Assembly: GCA_951406725.2 (NCBI GenBank)
Contig: OX597836.1
Span: 26,722,001-26,786,000, forward strand
Length of the DNA: 64,000 bases
Direction: 5' to 3'
Source of the DNA: Octopus vulgaris
Taxonomy: Eukaryota
In this document: piece by piece, positions 27,600 through 40,470 of the stretch
How positions within the stretch are numbered: the first letter of the stretch is position 1
How the letters are laid out: each line of letters begins with the position of its first letter
Notes under the pieces: generated by a model
Told to the model about the DNA's origin: nothing
Databases searched by the model: none
What the model saw: the letters and a program-made list of their open reading frames with translations, nothing else
Position numbers and translations under genes: made by a program

Positions 27600-27837
27600 C
27601 TATTATATCGGAAGTTAATATAAAAAAGAGACAAAAAGTTACTGGGCGCGTACACATACCTACTGACACACATCACATAGTTTTTTTCAGAAGTTCAGGT
27701 TCGAATTTGTAGATATATATGTATGTGTGTGCGCGCCCGACTATCACTATTATTATTGTTTCACGTTTGATTTCGATGTACTCATCAATCTACATCTAAT
27801 TGTTGAAAACTTTATTGAAAAAATAAGCAGTTTTCTG
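27600..27837 (+). promoter_or_regulatory. Putative divergent promoter/first exon of a plus-strand transcript
   Basis: TCGGAAGT, GGGCGCG and GCGCGCCC motifs; strong donor CTG|GTGAGT at 27837/27838; CpG content drops downstream. Confidence 0.45.
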
Positions 27838-27952
27838 GTGAGTTTTAGCAGTAGCAAAATTGCTCAAGGGCCACACTTTGTAGGATGCCAATATCTGAAT
27901 ATATTTAAGGATTTCTAAAAGAGACACAATATCAATTTCAGTGAGGGTTTAA

Positions 27953-29062
27953 CCCTCTAATGTTCAAATTATTCTGACAAATGTAATGCTTATTCAATCA
28001 CAGTAATCATTGTTTAGCGTTCTCTTTCCATGCTGGCATGGGTGGGACGGTTTGACATGGAGCTAGCTAACAGGGAGCTGTGGTTTCTACAGCTGGGTGC
28101 CCTTCCTAATGCCAACCACTTAGCAGGGTGTGCTGGATGTTTTTTACGTACCACCGACACAGGTGCATTTACATAGCACCAGCACAGGTGCATTAATGCA
28201 GCACTGGCATGGCCGTATTTTAAGTGACACCAGCACCTGAAGGACAAGTCTGTATGTATGGGCGACAGCAATTTTAATTAGCCAGAAGTAATCATATATT
28301 ATGTCATCATTAAGGTGGTGAGTTGGCAGAATCATTAGCACGCCAGGTAAATTGCTTAGTGATATTTCACCTGTCGCTACATTTCTGAGTTCAAATTCCA
28401 CCGAGGTCAACTTTGCCTTTTTATCTTTTCGGGGTTGATAAATTAAGTATCAGTGAAACATTGTGGTCAATGTAATTGGCTAGTCCCCTTCTCTTAAATT
28501 TCAGGCCCCGTGCCTTTAGTAGAAAGGATTATCTCATAGCTTTGAAATTTCAATGATGTGATTGTTTATTTTTAGAATGACATTGTAGAGGAGGAGTGAG
28601 GGGGCCAGATCTGGCTGGTTTACTCTTTTACTTGTTTCAGTCATTTGACTGCGGCCATGCTGGAGCACCACCTTTAGTCGAGCAAATCGACCCCGGGACT
28701 TATTCTTTGTAAGCCCAGTACTTATTCTATCAGTCTCTTTTGCCAAACCGCTAAGTGACAGGGACGTAAACACACCAGCATCGGTTGTCACGCAATGCTA
28801 GGGGGACAAACAGACACACAAACACATACACACACATATATATATACATATATACGACAGGCTTCTTTCAGTTTCCGTCTACCAAATCCACTCACAAGGC
28901 ATTGGTCGGCCCGGGGCTATAGCAGAAGACACTTGCCCAAGATGCCACGCAGTGGGACTGAACCCGGAACCATGTGGTTGGTTAGCAAGCTACTTACCTC
29001 ATAGCCACTCCTGAACAGGTAAAATATTTGGGCCGGATATGACCAGTTTAAATGCTAAAGGG
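27953..29062. mobile_element. piggyBac-type MITE split by three nested retroelements
   Basis: TTAA|CCC ... GCTAAAGGG|TTAA; inserts are an RTE tail (~28005-28270), SINE B (~28312-28530) and SINE A (28620-29012). Confidence 0.8.
28620..29012 (-). mobile_element. SINE family A, young copy
   Basis: Near-identical to 8897-9306. Confidence 0.92.
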
Positions 29063-29074
29063 TTAATTAGTTTA

Positions 29075-29590
29075 GTGCCACTGGCACATATGCTGGTAAG
29101 GCAACGCTGGAACAATCATGCTCGAATGGTGCTTTTTACACGCTACCAGCACAGGAGCCAATCCACAGCCTTGGCAACGATCCCACTCAGATGTGCTGTT
29201 AATGTTCCACTGGCATGAGTAACAATCAGGTGGTACTGTCATCGGCCACGTCAACGAATTTTGATTTTGATTTCACTTGTCTCAATAGGTCTTCGCAAGC
29301 AATGTTTATTGTCCAGTGAATGAGGGGTACTCATAAGTGGGCTAGTTACACCCACTGGCATAGGCCATGGGCTATGGTCTTCTCAAGCACAGCATATCTC
29401 CAAAGGTCTCAGTCACTAGTTATTGCCTCGGTAAGGCCCAATGTTTGAAGGTCATGCTTCACCACCTCATCCCAGGTCTTTCTGGGTTTACCTCTTCCAC
29501 AGGTTCCCTCAACTGCTAGGGTGTGACACTTTTTCTCACAGCTGGCCTCATTCATTCGCAACACATGACCATACCACTGGAAGCAATTGC
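29075..29590 (-). mobile_element. RTE LINE 3' end (ORF C-terminus plus part of 3' UTR)
   Basis: WYGHVLRM...GRGKPRKTWDEVVKHDL. Confidence 0.85.
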
Positions 29591-31239
29591 AAGATGGATT
29601 CTTGAAGCCAAGCCAACTGGCAAGAGATCTAGGGTTAGACCAAGAACAAAACGGTTGAATAATATCCATAGTCTCAGTTGGTCACACTTGGCAATCCAGC
29701 CAGAAAGTGTAATGACAACTGCTCCTGACTGGAGCCTAAGGAAGAAGGGCCTGAAGACCCTATCCTCCCATAACCCTCCTGGGAATAAAGGGCAGAGAAA
29801 ATGAATAGAATAAGGAAGTAGGTGTTGAAGTAGTTATCTTTGTTTTGCTTCTCATTGATTTTGAATGATCATACAAAGCAAATGTTTTAATGTCAAGCTT
29901 CCAACTTTGTGCTGTAATACTCTTGGACAGTGCTATCTAAAGGGATGGTCATACTAGATAATTGCCAGAGGGTGTCATGGATTTTAAAGCCCAGTGCTAA
30001 TCTATGTATTCTATGGCTTGCCGTCAATAAATGAATAGTTTAGGGCCCTTTACATTGCTTTGCCTGTAGGGGGTCTGCAGGTTTTAGGGCCCCAGTGCCT
30101 GGTCTTAGTGTACACCTATGAAACACATGTCTGTTTTACTGTTGCACTCCAGTTGGGGGTAGTAACCATCTGCTTCTTCCATTCACCTATGCCAACTGGG
30201 AACTCTCTCAAACATCAACTGCACAACCAACATAACTTCCTTCCTGAAAAATAAATGCCAACACAAAAAAATTCACCGTCTGCATCAAAATAACAGCAAA
30301 CTCCTCTGAAAACCACAATATAAGGACAGGCCCTTAATGTCTTCAAACTACATTTTAGCCAACATGAAAATATGTTTAGTTCAGACCTCCTGTGTGGCAC
30401 CTTGGGCAAGTTCTTCTACTATAGTCTTGGGCCAACCCAAGCCTTGTGAGTGGAATTGGTTGATGGAACCTGAAAGAAGCCCATCATATATACATACATA
30501 TATTATATGTGTGTGCTTGTGTTTTCCCCCTCCCCACTACCAATTGACAACCAGTATTTGTTTGTTTGCATCCCTGTAATTTAGCAGTTCAGCAAAAGAG
30601 ACCAATACAATAATTACCAAACTTAAAAAGAAAATGACTTAATTATTGGAGTCAACTTGTTGGACTAAATCCCAGTATGGCCACAGTCCAATGACTAAAA
30701 AAAGCCAAAGATTTGTCACAGGTTGGAGGTGAAAGAGAAGACAAAGTTGGAATCACTGCCAGAAGAGTTCTTCAAGAAATTTTCAAATGTTTCCCATTTT
30801 TTGTTTTTGCTTTTTATTTTTGTTTTTAAATTAAGGTTGGATAATATAACTTTTATCATTTATTTGTTTCAGTCATTAGACTGTGGCCATGCTGGAGCAC
30901 TGCCTTGAAGCATTTTTTTGTCAAATGAATCACCCTAGCACATATGTTTCTAAAGTTTTTTTAAAGTCTGGTACTTCTATCAGTGTCCTTTTGCCAAACT
31001 GCTAAGTTATGAAGATGTAAACACATCAACACCAGTTGACAAACAGTGGTGGGACACACATACACATTCTTTCATTCTTTTACTTGTGTCAGTCATTTTG
31101 ACTGTGGCCATGCTGGAGCACCACCTTTAGTCGAACAAATTGACCCCAGGACTTATTTTTTGATTATTAAGATATTGCATGATTAATTTTAAACAACTTG
31201 AATGAATAAGCGTTACATTTGACAGAGCAATCTGAACAT

Positions 31240-32350
31240 GGAAAAGTTAAGTGGAAAGCAATAAGAAGTACATCAAGCTGCCAAAAACAGGGCAAAAATG
31301 GAACATATGAGCTGGATGTGGCCTCAGTATGCTTATCCATCAAGGAAGGCCGTACATGTGAATAAGAACTGAAACAGTTTAGCAAAGATCTTTCAGTTCT
31401 CTTCACATGAAACAACCTTTCTAGTGCCGATGGCATGATAAAATGAGATAGTGTTGCTTGTTATGACAGGAGAACTGTGTGACTGATCATTAACTACCCG
31501 GACTGAGGTCAAAGTGCTCTCTTTCACTATTTTCAGAGTTTTGGTTATTGGTGCCTTGAGAACGCCAGCTTCTGTAGCTTATTGCTGTCACCCCTATCTC
31601 TGCTGTCCTGTTCATTTCTGCTTTTCAAGTTCTTCAAGGCAGAAAGTCCTTTAATGGCCCTCATTGCCACACATATTACAGCTGGCTTTTTGTTATGCAC
31701 TATTTGTTTTATTGCAAGTCTTTCTACTCCCACAATGGAGCATGGTCCCAGAATAGCTCTTGGTCTTTAGAGGTCATTTGGAATTGAATGTCCTTGCTGA
31801 CCCTCCTTATCACATTTTGTTTCTGGTCATTTCAGAGACTACCACTTACCTGTATTGTGCTACAAAAATGACAGTGAGTCAAGAATTAACATTTTCACCG
31901 AGTTCTTCACCATAACTCTTGTCTTGCATGGCTCCATGTCCTGAGGTATTAGCCACCAGGCACTATATGGCCCACATTGGCATGCTTTTTTTCTTTTAGT
32001 CTTCAGTTTTGAAAACTTGGTATTACTCCATCCAAAGAAGGAGCTGTCACTTTCCACATCAGTCTGGGCAATCACCAGTCGCAACTTTAGTGGTATAAGG
32101 AAAGTTTTGTTTTTACAGAGATGAAGAAATATGTGACCTTCCTTCTTACTCACAGGGGTTGTCTTTGGTAACATATCTCTGCCATGCAAACTTTTTCTCT
32201 ACCAAGCCAGTTATGTTCATATCCTCTCCTAACTAGCAACACTAGCAAAATAAATTGCTAATCCTGTCTGCAGTGCTCAAAACAACACCTTCATTAAAGC
32301 AGGCTTTCTTTCTTTATTTCCAAATATGCGTCTGTGCCTTTTTGCCTTGT
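31240..32350 (-). mobile_element. Decayed gag-like ORF1 relic (probably L1/Tx1-type LINE)
   Basis: CX2CX4HX4C knuckle CNMCGNEGH*RTFC at 31680-31639; boundaries approximate. Confidence 0.5.
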
Positions 32351-32412
32351 TATTGTCGACAGTATCATTGAAATTGTTCAAATTAATGTTTTTAGCTGCT
32401 AAAACATCATTA

Positions 32413-32790
32413 TTGTTGTATCTTTGGAGAGTCATTGTATCAATGATAGTAACATGCAGTGGTTCATTATCACTCCTTTATTGTTAGTCAGTTGGTTAAA
32501 TATCTAACCAACTAACGAATTAATTGATCGTTTGTTTAATGTGCTGCTTAAACAATTGTTTGTTAGTCAAAGTCCTTTTATTGCTATCCGTGACCTCCTC
32601 AGTGACTCGCCGTCTCTCCTCAAGGTCTGCTCTGAGACCCAGAGCAGACTGATTAATTGTTTAACCAGCACATTAAACAAACAATCGATTAGTTATTTAG
32701 ATATTTAACCAAATGATTAACAATAAAGTAGTGATATTGAACCAGTGCATGTGTTATTACTGGCATAACGACCCTCCCAAGACACAACAA
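32413..32790. repeat. Long imperfect inverted repeat (foldback/MITE-like)
   Basis: Arms ~32413-32568 and ~32648-32790, e.g. TTGGTTAAATATCTAA / TTAGATATTTAACCAA and TTTGTTTAATGTGCTG / CAGCACATTAAACAAA. Confidence 0.8.
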
Positions 32791-33504
32791 GATTTGTTTC
32801 AACTCACAAATTCACATCAAGAATCTTGCAAACCAAATACGAAAATGAAGTAATATAATTATTTTTTCCACGTATATGAAATTAAATTTTTTTCTTTCAA
32901 TTTTTTTTTTTGTGTTTACTCCCATTCATTTTTGTATTTGCTTGTAAGAATGGATGTTTCTCTAATTGGAAGCTGTCTTGAGCTAAAATATAAAACAAAA
33001 GCAGAAGAAATAAAATTATGTTTCAAAACTGACAGATTTTATGTCTCTTCTGGTGTGAGGCAGATGTCCAATGCCTTTCATGAATTCTCTTGTTAAAAAT
33101 AACAACACATTTTCTTTCATTGCATTTGGTCAGAAATTGGAAACTCTCACACAAGTCATAAAAATATATATCTAACACAAGCAATTCCAATGATGACAAC
33201 AACAATAATAATAATAATTCATTCATTTATTGGCCACAAGGGCTAACAAAAATCAAATAAAACATGTAAGGACAAAATGCAAGACAACAACGAAAATATA
33301 ACAAGTAAAAACTCCCAATAGGGGGAGGCACTTCGAAAGGTTACTCATGGAAAAACCAAGACTTTTATCTGTTTATTTGCATCATTGTCTTTCTCTCTCT
33401 CTCCCTCTCTCTCGACCTGGCAAGTAAAGTGCAATCACAGCTGTAGCCTATATCAGTGTCATTTAACCAGCTCATTTAAAAGTTCCCAAAAATCATAGGG
33501 TGAT

Positions 33505-34137
33505 ACGCTGCGCTTGAGAAGACCTGTTGAGTCAAGTAAAATCCAAATCAAGATCAAAATCGAAATTGTAGTTATGGCTGATGCCAGTGCCACCTGACTG
33601 GCACCTGTGCTAGTGGCAAATAATAAGTACCATTCAAGTATGGGTCGATACCAGTGCCACCTAACTAGCTCCCTGTGCCAGTGGCATGTAAAAAGGACCA
33701 TCAAAACATGGTCAATGCCAGTTCCCCACCCACCCCCACGACTGGCTCCTGTGCTGGTGGCACATAAAAAGCACCTTCATACATGCTTGGAGTGGTTGGT
33801 GTTAGGCAGGGCAACCAGCTGTAGAAATCTTGCCAGATCAGATTGGAGCCTGGTGCAGCCCACTGGCTTGCCAGTCCTCAGTCAAACAGTCCAACCCAAC
33901 CCATGCCAGCATGGAAAACGGACGTTAAACAATGATGATGACGATGATGATATATGTATGTATGTATGTATGTATTTGTGTGTGTGTGTATGTATTTGGT
34001 GTTAGGAAGGGCATCCAGCTGTAGAAAATTTGCCAGATCAGATTGGAGCCTGGTGCGGCCATCTGGTTCGCCAGTCCTCAGTCAAATTGTCCAACCCACA
34101 CTAGCATGGAAAGCGGACATTAAACGATGATGATGAT
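33505..34137 (+). mobile_element. RTE 3'-UTR/tail elements (two adjacent)
   Basis: GAGAAGACCTGTTGAGTCAAG, ~60-bp subrepeats, TAGGAAGGGCATCCAGCTGTAG, (GAT)n tails. Confidence 0.8.
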
Positions 34138-34899
34138 ATTGTATGTATAAGAAGATGCTTATCACTCCTTTAACTGTTTCTGATGAGGCAGCTGTGTTGT
34201 GTGTACATGACATCATGTAATCAATGAAGAACGACAAAAGATTTTGATTCTGTGCCAGCCCCACATTTGTGTAGGAAAAGTGGAAACATGAAAGGGAGTT
34301 GTGTGCTATGTGGTCACTCAATCTGCTTGAAAAAAACAACAAAATTACTCTCAAAATCACCCTGTATTATCTTTAAAAAATGAAGGACACTTTAAATAAT
34401 GTTGTTCAAGATATGCTATGTCTATAAAAAAAAAGTGGATTTATAAAAGTGAGTGGATTTGATAGACAGAAACTGAAAGAAGCTCGTTGTGTGTGTGTGT
34501 GTGTGTATGCGTGTGTGTGTGCATGTTTGTCCCCAATTACTGCTTGACAACTTGTGTTGGTGTGTCTACATCCCTGTAACCTAGTGGTTTGGCAAAAGGG
34601 ACCGATAAAATAAGTACCATGTTCAGAAAACAAAAAGTGCTGGGATTGATTCATTCAGAATTCTTCAAGGTGGTGCCCCAGCATGGCCACAATGTAATGA
34701 CTGAAACAAGTAACTGATAGAAGATAAAAATAGTGACAAGTAACATGCCTAACATTACGGGTTGTTGCCCTCAATGGAGAGCAGAGAAAGCTGAAGGTGT
34801 TGCTTACCCAGCAGTAAACAGTGAATACTCTGTCAACCTGTGTATTAAACACCAGCTGAGTATATTGATAACTGTAAAGGTTATTTTTACTAAACCATG

Positions 34900-35222
34900 A
34901 ATGTGTGTGGCTTAGTGGTTAGGGCATTTGGCTCATGATCATAAGGTTGTGAGTTCAATTCTCGGTGACGCGTTGTGTCCTTGAGTAAAACACTTTATTT
35001 CATGTTGCTTCAGTCCACTCAGCTGGCAAAAACGACTAGTACCAGTATTTTAAAAAGGGCCAGCTTTGTCACATTCTATATCATGCTGTATCTTCCTAAG
35101 GACTATGTTAAGGGTACATGTGTCTGTGGAGTGCTCAGCCACATACATGTAAATTTCATGAGCTGGCTGTTTGGTCAATCACATCAACTGGAACCCTTGT
35201 TGTCATAAGCGACAGAATGGCA
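34900..35222 (+). mobile_element. SINE family C, decayed
   Basis: TGGCTTAGTGG...GAGTTCAATTC head; body matches the reverse complement of 56892-57281. Confidence 0.75.
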
Positions 35223-36174
35223 GTTTACTTAACCAGTCTACCTTCTTGATTATTTTATAAATTTATTGAAGCTTGCGGGTAGTTTATTCTTCTTAAATGT
35301 ATGTTTAATGAAAAATTACTGCTCTTTCCTAGAATAGGGTGACAAAGAATATCTTGTAAAGCTGATAATGGTAATATTGAATTTGAATGCTAAAGCTAGA
35401 AAAAGTCCCAGAGTTTGTCATCATCCATCCATCCATCGACCCATTCATTTTCTCCACCCACTATTCCTAGAGAGTCAGTCAGTCACCGGCTGACGATACA
35501 TCGAAGAGGCCAGGGAACAGAAGAAAGAAGAAGAAAAAAGACATGCACCCAACACCAGAGCTGAAGACACCTCCAAAAAGGGGGGCCCCGCCATGTCAAA
35601 ACAGTTGAGGAGTAGGGGCTGAAACCAGACGTGGTTCCTCCTGATGATGTCTTGAGCTAACTGGATCCTATAAAGGAGCTGTTGTGGTAGCAGACCACGA
35701 AACATGGTTGTAATTCCTCCTGAGGGTAGAGTTTCTAGGCACCACCTCTCTAGGGTCTTATCAGAAGCAACTGTCACGACACTTTCCAGTTGAATTCCCA
35801 AATGTAACTACCTGAGACTAAGGATATTATCCAACCACCTCATTCTTGGTCTGCCCTTAGGTCACCTACCAGTTGACTTTGCTTGAAGAATCTGTCTGGT
35901 GATTCTTTCCTGTGACATTCTAATCCAATGTTCATAGTGACAGAGCTGTGACCCCTAAATGCAGAGAAGTAGCAGCTCAATCTGGAGAGACTCCCTGATC
36001 TATACACCCTGTTGAGTTACATTATTCCAGAGATCCTTCACAAATAAGACCACCAATACTGCTATATGATAACAAGATGTCATAATCATTGTTTTTAATG
36101 TCTTTTAGGGTTAAAGTGGCAAGATGGTAGAATTGTTAGCATGCCGGGCAAAATGCATAGCAGCATTTTGTTGA

Positions 36175-36583
36175 TACTCTCTTTACTCTTTTACTTGTTT
36201 CAGTCATTTGACTGTGGCCATGCTGGAGCACCACCTTTAGTCGAGCAAGTCGACCCCAGGACTTATTCTTTGTAAGCCTAGTACTTATTCTATCAGTGTT
36301 TTTTGCCGAACCGCTAAGTTACAGAGACATAAACACACCAGCATCGGTTGTCGAGCGATGTTGGGGGAACAAACACAAACACATAAACACACACACATAC
36401 ATATATATATATACACATATACGACAGGCTTCTTTCAGTTTCCGTCTACCAAATCCACTCACAAGGCTTTGGTCGGGCCGAGGCTATAGTAGAAGACACT
36501 TGCCCAAGGTGCCATGCAGTGGGACTGAACCCGGAACCATGTGGTTGGTAAGCAAGCTACTTACCACACAGCCACTCCTGCGC
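36175..36583 (-). mobile_element. SINE family A inserted into a SINE B copy (~36114-36745)
   Basis: Family B head lies before and family B core after the family A copy. Confidence 0.88.
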
Positions 36584-37116
36584 CATGATCTTCATGTTTC
36601 AAGTACAAATTCCACCAAGGTTGACCTTGCCTTTCAGCTTTTCAGAGTCAATAAAATAAACACCAGTTGAGCATTCTGGTCAATGTAATCGACTTACCTG
36701 CTCCCCTGAAATTGCTGGCCTTGTGCCAAAATTTGAAACCAATATGTCTTTTAGTGCTAAATTTAGTTTCAGGCATGACCACATTGCTAAGAATTTTGCT
36801 TTACAGTTACATAGTTCTGAATTTGATTCCCCTGCATGGCCTCATTCCATTCTTTTCCTATGCAAGCTGCAAATGAGGTTTATTTTGAACAATAATTTCT
36901 TCACATAATTGTACCAGCTTCCTTGGACACTCAGCAAAGGACACCTTCAGAGGAACTATCCAAGTTGACTGAACAACAGGAGATGGAAGCCTCGGACAAT
37001 CAAAGGTCAACATAAAAACTGGGTGGTAACTTGTCTATATTGGTAAATGGTCAGGAGATTTAAACTGCTGTCAAGTTTAACCTTTTTGTTACAAATATTT
37101 CTTTTGAAAATCATTG

Positions 37117-37540
37117 GGATCTTTTCAGTTTGACCGGCAGTTTTTTCTAGTGGTGTCATATGAAATTGTCCTCCATAATTATGACCCTAGTATCGATCTA
37201 TTGCATTTCAATCTGTTTTAGGGTTAGGGTTAGTTAGGGTGGGGATTGGGGGGGTATCTTTTTTTTCTTCAGAAATGTAAATAAACCCAATCTGTTTCTT
37301 AAACGAGGGACATATTCATACAGCACAGAATGTTTTCACCTCAATAGACGTCATTGATTGGTTGAAATTTCAGAAATTGAAGAAAAAAGACAACAAATAT
37401 CTTACAAACTATAGAATTTTCTCAATAAAGCCAAGAGAAAAAGATGTTTTATAAACACATTCTACCAGTATATGAAGTTTAAAAGTGTTTAGTTACGTGG
37501 AAATTATTTTAAAAAACTGCCGGTCAAACCGAAAAGATCC
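37117..37540. mobile_element. MITE with 30-bp TIRs and 8-bp TSD (Merlin-like)
   Basis: TIR GGATCTTTTCRGTTTGACCGGCAGTTTTTT (29/30 match), TSD AATCATTG, internal TTAGGG tract; nested in a piggyBac-type MITE. Confidence 0.9.
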
Positions 37541-38679
37541 AATCATTGTTTTTGTTTCAATTAATTTTGAAAACAATGAAGAATTTAGTAAAATAATTTT
37601 GTCATTATCAAACAAGTTTTTGGAACATAAATTGACAGGAAATTTTGAAGGAAGGTTCAAGTTTATATAATTTTAAAACATGTTGCTGGTACTAGAATGA
37701 AGGACAATCTTAGGCAGATTGAAAAGATTAATACCCATCTGGCACTATGGTGCCACTAGCAGACACCATTTGTTGCAAATATTCTTACCAGGCTTCAAGG
37801 ATAAGGATATCAAGATCTTTCTTCCACCAGTCTCATAGAGATTCTGCTGAAACATGTTGTTGAGCACTACTTTTCCTTCTCAGACTAAGCAATTAAAAAA
37901 AAAAAACTATTTTTTAATGAACTCGTTAAGCAGATAAAAACCATGATGAATTTACCAAAAAATCTATTGGCACACGATATAATTACCTTGTAATGAAAGT
38001 ATTAGGAGAGGCAATTTGAGATATTGTATTTGAAAACCCGTTTGAAGCATTGCGATGTGTAAGTAATATGTTTACTGCAATGTAATTACTCATAAAGAAT
38101 TTATTATAATATATTTGCAGCAAGCCATAGTAGAATATGGAATAGCATAGAATATAACTGCAGCCATCATTCGCAAGGGACTATGACTTGGTAGTATGCA
38201 TCACACTTTTGTTACGTATTTCAGATACCTGTGTAGTTGTCTACCGACAGAGACACCTGCTTGGTCTTCCTCACCCTGGATCTATTGGTGGGAGTAATAG
38301 GGCTGTCTCTGCTGAGTATTGGTACTCATTTAGAGCCTGAGTCGATTAAATAAGTACCAGTTACGCACTGGATTCGATGTAATCAACTTAATCCCTTTGT
38401 CTGTCCCCTCTATGTTTAGCCCCTTGTGGGCAATAAAGAAATTAGCATCTGAGTTATCTACCTTGAATACTGAGTTAAGGTTTTCCTCTTGACACAGTTC
38501 CAGTATCATTTTGTGATCTTATGTGGTAATATGTATTTGTATACATACCTATGGTCATCTCACCTTACTGATATCAGATCATCAAATACCTATATCTCTC
38601 CCACCACCTACCCATTTCGTGCCACAAAGTCAATGACTAGGCAGGGCTGACATCATCATTTGATATCCCTGATGATGAT

Positions 38680-38911
38680 AGGCGGCGAGCTGGCAGAAAC
38701 GTTAGCATGTCGGGCGAAATGCGTAGCCGTATTTCGTCTGCTGTTACATTCTGAGTTCAAATTCCGCCAAGGTCGACTTTGCCTTTCATCCTTTCGGGGT
38801 CGATAAATTAAGTACCAGTTACGCACTGGGATCAATCTAATCAACTTAACCCGTTTGTCTGTCCTTGTTTGTCCCCTCTGTGTTTAGCCCCTTGTGGGTA
38901 GTAAAGAAATA
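38680..38911 (+). mobile_element. SINE family B, full length with TSD
   Basis: 18-bp TSD GATATCCCTGATGATGAT (38662-38679 / 38912-38929). Confidence 0.92.
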
Positions 38912-39085
38912 GATATCCCTGATGATGATCCACGTGCTTCTCTTTCTCAAATATATCAGAACTAGCTTATGGGTAAGTGTCTTACTTTCTATTTGAGTTT
39001 AAATTTTCACTCGGTCCACTGTTTTATAAATGATGTATATAATACTATAAACCTTCCCTCTTTCAGTGAAGAATATTTCATTTAA

Positions 39086-39538
39086 CCCTTTAACATTCAG
39101 ATTATTATTATAGTGGGGGCTACTAACCCCAAGATTCCGAGGTCGATTCCAGGCAGTGACCTGAATAATAATAATAACATCGAAAAATACCTTAGGAATG
39201 AGAACCAAGGTTCGAAATTTCTGCAAGACACCTGATGAAGGTTGGAGGGTATATCAGCTGAAACATTGTGTTAACAACAAACAAGATGAGGACAAATATC
39301 TGTCAAATGTAAACAATGTAAATAATGCAGACTATTTCTGTCTTGTTTAATGCTTATTCCTTCACATTGTTTTGAATTAACCATGTGTTATCTTGTAGCT
39401 TCAAGATTTCAATGATATAACTTTATTTTCAGAATGATATTGTAGGGTAGGTATAAGAGGCTGGAGCTGACTGGCCACTTTGAACATAAAACAGATAGAA
39501 TATTTGGGCCAGATATGTCTGGTTTAAATGTTAATGGG
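39086..39538. mobile_element. piggyBac-type MITE with a Penelope-like insert (~39112-39328)
   Basis: TTAA|CCC ... GGG|TTAA; the insert carries a hammerhead motif. Confidence 0.8.
39226..39272 (+). ncRNA. Minimal type I hammerhead ribozyme motif (decayed)
   Basis: GACAC-CTGATGA-A-GGTTG..CAGCT-GAAAC-ATT-GTGTT. Confidence 0.6.
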
Positions 39539-39869
39539 TTAAAACATCTGTCTGAGATGCCTCCAGTTTGAGTTTGGATAGGATTAGAAAACCCATTGCA
39601 GGTTTAACAGAGCTACGTTATTTTTCTCCACTTATGGTCTTCTCTAATTACTTGCAAAAAGTTACTCCAGTTTGAAGCACAAAATTGGGCCAAGCCTTTG
39701 ATCTCTGAGGAAAATGTTTCATATTGAGAGTTTTCTTATTAGACAAAACATTAGCAAAAGTCAGTTTATCATTGTTTATATTTACTACTAAAGTGGTACT
39801 TATGTGCACACTGTTGTTGTTATTCTTTGGCCCAGTTAAGAGTACCCCTGATGTGTTGGGCAATATGAT

Positions 39870-40470
39870 ATTCTTGAGAAGACCTGTTGAATCAAATAAA
39901 ACCAATATCGTAGCTGTGGCCAGTACCCCCTGACTGGCTCCCGTGTCAATGGCATGTAAAAAGCACCATCCGAACATGGTTGATGCCAGTATCCCCTGAC
40001 TGGCTCTCGTGCTGGTGGTATGTAAAAAGCACCATCTGAACGTGGCCAATGCCAGTTCCCACTGACTGGCCTTCATGCTGGTGGTATGTGAAAAGCATTA
40101 TCCGAACGTGGCTGATGCCAGTACCAACCGACTGGCTCTTGTGCCAGTGGCGCGTAAAAAGCAGCATCTGAATGTGGTTGATGCCAATACCCCATGACTA
40201 GCCCCTGTGCCAGTGGCATGTGAAAAGCACTATCTGAATGTGATCAATGCCAGGCCTGCCTGACTGGCTCCTGTGCCAGTGGCACGTAAAAGCACCCACT
40301 ACTACACTCTTGGAATGGTTGGTGTTAGGAAGGGCATCCAGCTGTAGAAACTCTGCCAGATCAGATTGGAGCCTGGTGCAGCCTCCTGGCTTGCTGGTCC
40401 TCAGTGAAACCGTCCAACCCATACCAGCATGGAAAACGGATGTTAAACGACGACGACGACGATGATGATC
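39870..40470 (+). mobile_element. RTE 3'-UTR element with ~6 tandem ~60-bp subrepeats
   Basis: Repeated GCCAGT..CTGACTGGCTC.GTGC..GTGGCA.GTAAAAAGCACCATC; (GAC/GAT)n tail. Confidence 0.85.

Larger units (their letters stand above)
35333..38058 (+). other. Candidate internal exons of a plus-strand non-coding transcript (35333-35370, 36918-37042, 37884-38058)
   Basis: ctctttcctag|...|gtaata; ttgtaccag|...|gtaaat; ttttccttctcag|...|gtaagt; no frame open across them. Confidence 0.3.

Noticed and set aside
38668-38930. CTGATGA as a hammerhead core
   Set aside because: Part of a SINE target-site duplication; no matching GAAA or stems
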